A stretch of DNA of 24,000 nucleotides from Clostridiaceae bacterium (GTDB lineage Bacteria; Bacillota; Clostridia; Lachnospirales; Lachnospiraceae), in contig JAGZXV010000001.1 of the NCBI GenBank assembly GCA_018378255.1, positions 58,015 to 82,014 of the forward strand, in the 5' to 3' direction. This document shows positions 16,871 to 24,000 of this stretch, piece by piece (positions within the stretch are counted from its first letter, which is position 1; each line of letters starts with the position of its first letter). The translations under genes were made by a program, and so were the position numbers. The notes under the pieces were generated by a model, which searched no databases, was not told the origin of the DNA, and saw nothing but the letters and a program-made list of their open reading frames with translations.

Positions 16871-17344
16871 ATGAATAGGGAAGAGTTTCTGAGAGGATTG
16901 AGACAGGCGCTGGAGGGCAATGTATCCCCTTCGGTCATTCAGGAAAACTTACGGTACTACGATAATTATATATCAGAAGAGATTAGAAAGGGAGCCAGGG
17001 AAGCTGATGTGATAGCTGAGATCGGTGATCCCAGATTGATTGCGAAGACAATAGAAGATACTTCGGAAGACGGCACCGATCCGGTCCGGGGCGTTTATGA
17101 GGAGGGGGATACCCGCAGCGGTTCAGGATATGAGCAGGAACCGTTTGGGGGCAGAAGCACCGTTCATTTTTATGACCTCAATAAGTGGTACTGGAAGCTG
17201 CTGTTTGGAGTGGGCGTGGTACTGATCCTGTTTTTGATAATTGCGGTGATAACAGGAATTTTTACTTTGATCGTTCCGCTGATTTTACCATTTATTTTCA
17301 TTTGCTGTATTATTTATTTTATAAAATCCATCACCCGGCGGTAG
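16871..17344 (+). CDS. HAAS/DUF1700-like membrane protein
   Basis: N-terminal MNREEFLRGLRQALEG...YYDNYISEEIRKG...EVIAEIGDP-like helical domain (actual: EADVIAEIGDPRLIAKTI), C-terminal hydrophobic segments; RBS CAGGGGGA. Confidence 0.75.
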   Translation: MNREEFLRGLRQALEGNVSPSVIQENLRYYDNYISEEIRKGAREADVIAEIGDPRLIAKTIEDTSEDGTDPVRGVYEEGDTRSGSGYEQEPFGGRSTVHFYDLNKWYWKLLFGVGVVLILFLIIAVITGIFTLIVPLILPFIFICCIIYFIKSITRR

Positions 17345-17738
17345 CGTGTGTTTGAATATGTATTCCCGTTATCTGCACGCCCTGCTTTGCGGTATATCAG
17401 GCCCCAATGCAGTGAGCGCAGCCTGCTGTGCTTTCTTTGCTGGGGCCCAATTTTTCGAAAAAGCGTGAAGCCAGTTGACGGATGGGCATTACGGACTATA
17501 CGGACACATCATGATAAAGCGGGAAAATACCGGGGCCGGCAGACTGTGGATACTGTTCCATGGCAAGACGGCAGCCCGGTATTTCTGCCTTCCTGTGCGG
17601 AAACTGTTCTGTTCAATGAGATTCTGGTCTTGACAAAACTGTGTAGATATATTACAATATGTAACATATTTAACATTTGTGTAACAATTGTATGAAAATC
17701 GTAAAAAATAGGACAGATAATTGTCAGGAGAAGAATCT

Positions 17739-18449
17739 ATGGTGAAAGAGGCAGTCAGGCTGCTGGCTCTGGTTGGGATTTGTGCCGGGATATTAACGGC
17801 GTCACCCAAAGAGGCGAGAGCGGCAGAATCTTATTGCGCAGGAGTTGAGACGACCACTTCCTATGTGGTGAAGGTGGATGCGCCTACAACTGATGTACAT
17901 ATCTTGGCGTCTGCTGACGGCGCGGTATTTACCCGCGTATCTCAAGGTGAAACTTATCAGGTGCTGGAAGAGGAAAACGGCTGGGCAAAGATTAAGACGG
18001 ATGCGGGAATTGGATATATCCGGCTGGCCGGGAATGCCACTATGGTGGAGACTACCAGGGAAAAAGTAGATGCGTCTGCAGTTAAGAGGAACGAGATTGT
18101 TAACTATGCGATGCAGTTTGTAGGCGGCCGCTATGTATATGGAGGCAATGATCCTCATACAGGCGTGGATTGTTCGGGATTTACCAGATATGTGATGCAG
18201 CATGCGGCGGGGATTTCTTTAAACAGAAGTTCTGCCGGACAAGCTACCCAGGGGAAGCAGATTTCTCTGGATCAGATCAGGCCGGGAGATTTGATTTTTT
18301 ATGCCAGCGGTTCGGGCCGGATCAACCATGTGGCCCTCTATATCGGAGACGAGAAGATTGTTCATGCGTCTACGGAGAAGACGGGAATTAAGGTGTCATA
18401 CTGGCAGCACAGAAAACCGGTAAAGGTGATCAGTGTTGTGGAAGGATAA
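17739..18449 (+). CDS. Secreted NlpC/P60 endopeptidase with N-terminal SH3-like domain
   Basis: Signal peptide; SH3-like VLEEENGWAKIKTDAGIGYI; catalytic GGNDPHTGVDCSGFTRYV, RPGDLIFYASGSGRINHVALYIG. ATG 17739 follows CAGGAGAAG; the TTG at 17721 is unlikely. Confidence 0.92.
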   Translation: MVKEAVRLLALVGICAGILTASPKEARAAESYCAGVETTTSYVVKVDAPTTDVHILASADGAVFTRVSQGETYQVLEEENGWAKIKTDAGIGYIRLAGNATMVETTREKVDASAVKRNEIVNYAMQFVGGRYVYGGNDPHTGVDCSGFTRYVMQHAAGISLNRSSAGQATQGKQISLDQIRPGDLIFYASGSGRINHVALYIGDEKIVHASTEKTGIKVSYWQHRKPVKVISVVEG

Positions 18450-18459
18450 AGAAGATACG

Positions 18460-18490
18460 AAAGAGGATGCTGTTTGACGGCATCCTCTTT
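18460..18490 (+). terminator. Rho-independent terminator after the NlpC/P60 gene
   Basis: AAAGAGGATGC-TGTTTGACG-GCATCCTCTTT followed by CTTTACTG. Confidence 0.8.
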
Positions 18491-18582
18491 CTTTACTGTA
18501 TACAATGATTATGGTAAAATAAATATAAACATGGTGTAGGACCAGACTTCGGCAGGAGATGCCGGCGGGGCAGGAGAAATAT

Positions 18583-19611
18583 GTGAAAGAAGAAAAGTTC
18601 AGGAATAAGATTTACTGGTTTATCTTTGTTTTCAGTTTGCTGGTAATTTGGGTTCATTCTTATAATGCCAAGCTGTTTTTAGGAGCGGGAAGAACGGCTG
18701 AACTGGTGGACCGCGGAGAGCGGCTTTTGGGTGACGTGGTCGCCCAGGTTGCTGTGCCGGGATTTTTTATCATATCCGGATACCTGTTCTTCCGCAATTT
18801 TACAATGGACCGTTTATGGAACAAATGGAATTCCAGAATCAAGACGGTTCTGGTTCCGTTTGTCGTTTGGAACACCATTTATTATGTCGTATATGCGGCC
18901 GGCAGCCGTATTCCCTGGCTGCGCGACGTGCTGGGGAAAGGGATCATTCCGGTGAGCTTAAATGCGCTTGTGGATGCGGTGCTGCATTACCGCTATAATT
19001 ATGTGTTTTGGTATCTGTACCAGTTGATCCTGCTGGTGCTTCTGGCTCCTGTGATCTATTTTTTTCTGTCCAAACGGCATGTGAGATGGATTTATCTGGC
19101 AGGTGTGTTCGCAGGCCTTCTGGCCGGAGTGAGCCTGTCGCCTTTGAATATAGACGCCCTGTTTTTCTACTCCGTGGCGGCCGACAGCGCGCTGAATAAT
19201 AAAAAAATGACAGAAGCCCCATGGTCTAACATGCGGTTTCTGTCAGGCGCGGCCATTTTAGCGGCCGCATGTGCTGTTTATCTGTATTCCATCCGGTATT
19301 TCAGTGTATCAGGAATCGCTATCTACCGTTTTCTGGTTCCGGCAGCCCTGTGGTTTATGGTAAACGAAAACTGGCTGCCGGAGGCGAAGCCCTGGATGAA
19401 GATCAACTTCTTTTTGTATGCTCTTCATTTCCTGCTGGTCCGGTTTATCAATAAAGCGGCCGCTTTATACGTACCAGGCATACCGGCCGTACCCGTTTTC
19501 CTCTATCTTCTGATGCCGGGCATTGTACTGATGGTCAGTTATCCCGCGGCAGTGCTCCTGCAGCGCCGTCTCCCTCTGCTTTGGCGGCTCCTTACAGGCG
19601 GAAGGAATTGA
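18583..19611 (+). CDS. Acyltransferase-3 family membrane protein
   Basis: Multiple TM segments; FRNKIYWFIFVFSLLVIWVHSYNA, FFIISGYLFFRN, VLVPFVVWNTIYYV, YVFWYLYQLILLVLLAP. Start is GTG 18583 after CAGGAG, or ATG 18559. Confidence 0.82.
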   Translation: MKEEKFRNKIYWFIFVFSLLVIWVHSYNAKLFLGAGRTAELVDRGERLLGDVVAQVAVPGFFIISGYLFFRNFTMDRLWNKWNSRIKTVLVPFVVWNTIYYVVYAAGSRIPWLRDVLGKGIIPVSLNALVDAVLHYRYNYVFWYLYQLILLVLLAPVIYFFLSKRHVRWIYLAGVFAGLLAGVSLSPLNIDALFFYSVAADSALNNKKMTEAPWSNMRFLSGAAILAAACAVYLYSIRYFSVSGIAIYRFLVPAALWFMVNENWLPEAKPWMKINFFLYALHFLLVRFINKAAALYVPGIPAVPVFLYLLMPGIVLMVSYPAAVLLQRRLPLLWRLLTGGRN

Positions 19612-19621
19612 CCTGTCTGAC

Positions 19622-20488
19622 CTATTGATCCGTTGACCAGCGTCCGGATGCGCCGCAGGGCAGGACCAGGCCGGTTTTAGTGACCGGAAGCCCCACTTCT
19701 TCGGAATTGACAGAACCTTTATACCTGGGGCATATCTCCGTAGCCAGCATATAAGTCAGGACGGACGGGGCCAGGCCGGTGGTATAAGAATTTACAAGGA
19801 AGAATAAAGGATTGTCCGATAAAAGCTGGACACATAGCCGGATCAAAGGATGAATCGCATCTTCAATCTTCCAGATCTCGCCCTTAGGCCCTCTTCCATA
19901 AGAAGGAGGATCCATGATGATGGCATCATAGTGATTGCCTCTGCGTATCTCCCGTTCCACGAATTTCATACAGTCATCTACAATCCAACGGATCGGAGCA
20001 TCTTCCAGTCCGCTGGATTTTGCATTTTCTTTGGCCCATGCGACCATGCCTTTGGATGCATCCACATGGGTTACATGAGCACCCGCCTGAGCGGAAGCCA
20101 GCGTCGCTCCGCCGGTATAGGCGAACAGGTTTAAAACCTTTACCGGCCGGCCGGCTGACTTGATTTTATTTCCAAACCAGTCCCAGTTTGCTGCCTGCTC
20201 GGGAAAAAGACCGGTATGTTTAAAGCTGAATGGCTTCAGATTAAATGTCAGTTCTTTATAATGAATGGTCCATTGTTCCGGAAGGTCAAAGAACTCCCAT
20301 TCCCCGCCGCCTTTGGCGCTTCTGTGGTAATGGCCGTTCATATGCCGCCACCGCTTGTCTTCTTTTGGAGTATCCCATATTACCTGGGGGTCGGGACGGA
20401 CTAATATATACTTCCCCCAGCGTTCCAATTTTTCGCCCTCAGAGCAATCTATTACTTCATAATCTTTCCAACCGTCTGCTATCCACAT
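19622..20488 (-). CDS. Class I SAM-dependent rRNA methyltransferase-like protein (RlmI/RlmK-like)
   Basis: VLNLFAYTGGATLASAQAGAHVTHVDAS, AIIMDPPSYGRGPKGE motifs. Confidence 0.88.
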   Translation of the reverse strand: MWIADGWKDYEVIDCSEGEKLERWGKYILVRPDPQVIWDTPKEDKRWRHMNGHYHRSAKGGGEWEFFDLPEQWTIHYKELTFNLKPFSFKHTGLFPEQAANWDWFGNKIKSAGRPVKVLNLFAYTGGATLASAQAGAHVTHVDASKGMVAWAKENAKSSGLEDAPIRWIVDDCMKFVEREIRRGNHYDAIIMDPPSYGRGPKGEIWKIEDAIHPLIRLCVQLLSDNPLFFLVNSYTTGLAPSVLTYMLATEICPRYKGSVNSEEVGLPVTKTGLVLPCGASGRWSTDQ

Positions 20489-20681
20489 GGCTTTACCGCC
20501 CTTTCTTCCTATTAAATATATCGATCATTCAACGTGATTATAACTTGACAGAGTTATCTCGTCAAGTAACGATCCGGTCATTGTAATAGAATTGAAAGAT
20601 TATTTTTGTTGAATTATCAGAAAGTAATTGATACAATGTACTATAGGAATACAATGGGGAGAACCTTAAAGGAGCGAAGAT

Positions 20682-22037
20682 ATGAAAAAAGGAAAATTGG
20701 CAGTGCTCGTACTTGCTGCTGTATTATGTGCGGGAACTATGGCGTTTTCAGCATATGCCGCAGATGGATGGCAGCAGTCCAACGGCAATTGGGTATATTA
20801 TGATTCGAATGGCAATAAGCTGACCAACGAGTGGAAAAAGGGCGCGGACGACCTGTGGCGCTATTTGGGAAGCAACGGCGAGATGGTGTTGAATACCTGG
20901 GTTGAGGATACCTATTATATGGATTCCAACGGCATTATGGTTACGAATAAGTGGCAGAAGCTGAGTGATTCCAGCGGCACAGAATCCTACTGGTATTATT
21001 TCACCCAGAACGGAAAAGCTGCTACGGACGGTTGGAAGAAAGTGGACAACAAGTGGTATCATTTTGATGATGAAGGCAGGATGGAAACCGGCTGGGTTGA
21101 CGATGAGATGTATTATACCGGTGATGACGGTGTGATGAAGACCGGCTGGCAGAAGCTTTACCCGCCGGATGAGGATTACGATGATGACCGCGTTACTCCG
21201 GCCAGTGAAGACGGAGACGGAAAGTACTGGTTTTACTTTACAAACTCGGGAAAGAAGTACTGTGCGGAGAATAACAGTGATTATGAGGTTAAGAAGGTTA
21301 ACGGTGTATATTATTGCTTCGACAGCGACGGTGTGATGCAGACCGGCTGGGTGAATGTCGGAGATGATCCGGATGAGAACGCATCCATCGAAGATTACCG
21401 TTACTACGGAAGCGACGGTAAGGTGAAGACCGGATGGCTGTCCATAGAGCCGCCGGAGCCGATTTCAGGTGAATATGAGGATGAGGTAGAGTGGTTTTAT
21501 TTCAGCAACCAGGGTAAGCCAAAGGTAGGCCCCAGGGAAGGCGATGCCAACACCGGCGATTTATTCAAGCTGAACGGCCGCACCTATCTGTTTAATGACA
21601 AGGGAAATCCTGTTTATGGCCTTCAGAAGCTTGAATTAGCGGAAAGCGGCAGCTATACCGCATACTATTTTGGGGACAAGGCAACCAGTTCCGTAGTTAA
21701 GGGAAAACGTAAAGTGGAAGAAGATGACGGCAACGTGAGCGAATTTTATTTTGCGGATACCGGCAAAGGCTACAATGGGGTGAAAGACGGATACCTGTAT
21801 TACATGGGTAAACTGCAAAAAGCTGAGAGCGGTACGAAATATCAGGTAATCACCATTGACGGCAAGAATTACGTAGTGAATACATCAGGAAAACTTGCCA
21901 AATCCACAACTGTTAAGAACGGAGACGGAGTTAAGTATAAGACGAACGGTACGGGAATCCTGGTTAAAGAAGATGATGAAGAACCGGCAAGTTCTTATAA
22001 TGAACCATTTGAGCCGGTTTGGTCCAGCCATTATTAA
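20682..22037 (+). CDS. Secreted protein composed of cell-wall/choline-binding-type repeats
   Basis: Signal peptide MKKGKLAVLVLAAVLCAGTMAFSAYA; repeated units such as DGWQQSNGNWVYYDSNGNKLTNEWKK and GWKKVDNKWYHFDDEGRMETGW. Confidence 0.88.
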   Translation: MKKGKLAVLVLAAVLCAGTMAFSAYAADGWQQSNGNWVYYDSNGNKLTNEWKKGADDLWRYLGSNGEMVLNTWVEDTYYMDSNGIMVTNKWQKLSDSSGTESYWYYFTQNGKAATDGWKKVDNKWYHFDDEGRMETGWVDDEMYYTGDDGVMKTGWQKLYPPDEDYDDDRVTPASEDGDGKYWFYFTNSGKKYCAENNSDYEVKKVNGVYYCFDSDGVMQTGWVNVGDDPDENASIEDYRYYGSDGKVKTGWLSIEPPEPISGEYEDEVEWFYFSNQGKPKVGPREGDANTGDLFKLNGRTYLFNDKGNPVYGLQKLELAESGSYTAYYFGDKATSSVVKGKRKVEEDDGNVSEFYFADTGKGYNGVKDGYLYYMGKLQKAESGTKYQVITIDGKNYVVNTSGKLAKSTTVKNGDGVKYKTNGTGILVKEDDEEPASSYNEPFEPVWSSHY

Positions 22038-22056
22038 TTAGGAAGAAACAGAAATC

Positions 22057-22103
22057 AAAAGAGCAGAATCTGACGGATGATAACCGTTGGGTACTGCTCT
22101 TTT
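22057..22103 (+). terminator. Terminator after the repeat protein
   Basis: AAAAGAGCAG / CTGCTCTTTT followed by TAAATTTTTTT; long loop. Confidence 0.75.
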
Positions 22104-22265
22104 TAAATTTTTTTTGAGCAGGAGAAAAAACGGTCTCAATGGGGTTATAATTTTACTGAATATGGAAATAATCTTAACACGTTGGTTTACATCCATGTGA
22201 AAAGTCCTGAAACTTTACCGCTTTTCCGCCGTCAGAACGGTTACGAAAAATAAATAAAAAAATAC

Positions 22266-22294
22266 TTGCAAATAAAAGGAAAATGTGATATGCT
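22266..22294 (+). promoter_or_regulatory. Probable promoter of the S10 ribosomal operon
   Basis: TTGCAA (22266-22271), 17-bp spacer, TATGCT (22289-22294). Confidence 0.6.
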
Positions 22295-22299
22295 AACAA

Positions 22300-22529
22300 A
22301 GCTGTGGCATGATAGCTGTGAAGCGTGAGGTTGCTGCCCGATGTGGTAGGTGTTCCGTGGAGCGAATGTCAAGTTAGGAAACTGGCGACAAGTCACTGTA
22401 CAATTTACTAAAGTTCTAGCAGATATGTGGGAATTTGTGTGTGGATCTATGAGGACACACACGGGAACGTGTACAGTCACCGCTTGTCGTACTTCGAGTA
22501 ATAAGTGCGAAAAGGAGGCGACTTTTTTT
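22300..22529 (+). promoter_or_regulatory. Candidate long 5' leader RNA of the S10 operon
   Basis: About 230 nt of non-coding sequence between the promoter and rpsJ with several short inverted repeats, including GTCG...CGAC bracketing the RBS. Confidence 0.5.
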
Positions 22530-22847
22530 ATGGCAAGTCAAGTAATGAGAATCACATTAAAAGCTTATGATCATCAGTTAGTAGATCAGTCAGCTGGAAA
22601 AATCATCGAGACTGTAAAAAAGACAGGATCACAGGTGAGCGGACCGGTGCCGTTACCAACTAAAAAAGAAGTGGTAACAATCTTAAGAGCGGTTCACAAG
22701 TACAAAGATTCCAGAGAACAGTTCGAACAGAGAACTCATAAGAGACTTATCGATATCATCACACCAAGCCAGAAAACAGTTGATGCATTATCAAGATTAG
22801 AGATGCCAGCTGGTGTGTACATTGATATCAAGATGAAAACCAAATAA
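22530..22847 (+). CDS. rpsJ: 30S ribosomal protein S10
   Basis: [48 protein letters not shown]; RBS AAAAGGAGG. The 22350 ORF start is not used. Confidence 0.96.
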   Translation: MASQVMRITLKAYDHQLVDQSAGKIIETVKKTGSQVSGPVPLPTKKEVVTILRAVHKYKDSREQFEQRTHKRLIDIITPSQKTVDALSRLEMPAGVYIDIKMKTK

Positions 22848-23023
22848 GGTTTTCGGTGGACAAGGTAATATCCTGAAGGGTTATATATAGAAGCAACACT
22901 CTTTCCTGAAGAGGAATCAACATCTCCCGCAAGGGGGTCATAGTGTTCCACGTATATTTGACTGTTCTAGGATGAACGCGTTAAGCGTTCCGCTGTAGAT
23001 CAACAAACAGGAGGTAATTAGTT

Positions 23024-23656
23024 ATGAAGAAAGCTATTTTAGCTACTAAAGTCGGAATGACTCAAATCTTCAATGAAGACGGAGTTTTAACTCCAGTAAC
23101 AGTTCTTCAGGCTGGCCCATGTGTAGTTACACAGGTTAAGACCGTTGAGAACGATGGTTACAAAGCAGTGCAGGTTGGTTTTGTTGACAAGAGAGCGAAA
23201 TTAGTCACAAAACCGGTAAAAGGCCATTTTGATAAGGCCGGAGTTGCTTACAAGAGATTTGTAAGAGAATTCAAATTCGAGAACGCTGAAGAATATTCAG
23301 TGAAAGACGAAATCAAAGCAGATATCTTCGCAGCTGGCGACAAGATTGACGCAACAGCTATTTCCAAAGGTAAAGGTTTCCAGGGTGCTATTAAGAGACA
23401 CGGACAGTCCAGAGGACCTATGGCTCATGGTTCTAAATTCCATCGTCATGCTGGTTCAAACGGTTCTTGTTCAGATCCTAGTAAAGTATTTAAGGGTAAG
23501 AAGATGCCTGGCCAGATGGGTAACAAGAGAATCACCATCCAGAACCTTGAGATCGTCAGAGTTGATGCTGAAAACAACCTGATCTTAGTTAAGGGCGCTG
23601 TACCAGGACCTAAGAAGTCTTTAGTAACACTGAAAGAAACAGTAAAAGCATGCTAA
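23024..23656 (+). CDS. rplC: 50S ribosomal protein L3
   Basis: [33 protein letters not shown]...[25 protein letters not shown]; RBS AGGAGG. Confidence 0.98.
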   Translation: MKKAILATKVGMTQIFNEDGVLTPVTVLQAGPCVVTQVKTVENDGYKAVQVGFVDKRAKLVTKPVKGHFDKAGVAYKRFVREFKFENAEEYSVKDEIKADIFAAGDKIDATAISKGKGFQGAIKRHGQSRGPMAHGSKFHRHAGSNGSCSDPSKVFKGKKMPGQMGNKRITIQNLEIVRVDAENNLILVKGAVPGPKKSLVTLKETVKAC

Positions 23657-23685
23657 TGCTTTTATAGGAAAGGAGGAACACACAG

Positions 23686-24000
23686 ATGGCAAACGTATCT
23701 GTTTACAATATTGAAGGTAATGAAGTTGGAACGTTAGAACTGAATGATGCTGTATTTGGTGTTGAAGTGAATGAACATCTCGTACACATGGCAGTTGTAG
23801 CCCAGCTTGCAAACAAACGTCAGGGAACACAGAAAGCTAAAACCCGTTCTGAAGTTTCCGGTGGTGGAAGAAAACCATGGAAGCAGAAAGGAACCGGCCA
23901 CGCAAGACAGGGTTCAACAAGATCCCCACAGTGGACAGGCGGCGGAGTTGTATTCGCTCCAACACCTAGAGATTACACAATTAAGTTAAACAAAAAAGAA
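23686..24000 (+). CDS. rplD: 50S ribosomal protein L4 (partial, runs off window)
   Basis: [87 protein letters not shown]; RBS AGGAGG. Confidence 0.97.
   Translation, partial: MANVSVYNIEGNEVGTLELNDAVFGVEVNEHLVHMAVVAQLANKRQGTQKAKTRSEVSGGGRKPWKQKGTGHARQGSTRSPQWTGGGVVFAPTPRDYTIKLNKKE

Noticed and set aside
17348-17695. 115-aa plus-strand ORF
   Set aside because: No good RBS, odd composition and no recognised family; treated as non-coding or decayed.
22350-22529. In-frame N-terminal extension of S10 ([14 protein letters not shown]...)
   Set aside because: Canonical S10 begins at [13 protein letters not shown] with an RBS at 22530; the upstream open frame is most likely leader RNA that happens to lack stops.

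Overview
The window looks like a chromosomal segment from a gut-type Clostridia/Lachnospiraceae genome. In order it carries: an [FeFe] hydrogenase-like protein; an inositol-type sugar-acid catabolic locus (IolR-like DeoR regulator, Fe-ADH, class II aldolase, GntP permease, IolC-like kinase); a MazF-like toxin without a visible antitoxin; an HtrA protease; a convergent M23 peptidase; a second Fe-ADH; an intergenic region dominated by very large palindromic elements; an MBL-fold hydrolase; class III fructose-bisphosphatase; a HAAS/DUF1700-like membrane protein; an SH3-NlpC/P60 protein; an acyltransferase; an rRNA methyltransferase-like protein; a protein made almost only of cell-wall-binding repeats; and the start of the S10 ribosomal operon (rpsJ, rplC, partial rplD). 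Two observations stand out. (1) Tandem, exactly contiguous 11-mer arrays upstream of the Fe-ADH (4 units) and the aldolase (5 units) match the recalled Bacillus IolR operator consensus, and they sit in a locus with no other inositol genes, which suggests a reduced or alternative pathway for a gluconate-like acid. (2) Two giant palindromes (186 bp and 320 bp) lie between 12.9 and 13.64 kb. They share a 29-nt core (26/29 identical, inverted orientation), and the larger folds into a branched structure, so they are candidates for an undescribed structured RNA or MITE-like family. No CRISPR array, tRNA, rRNA, transposase gene or obvious phage/defence island was recognised.
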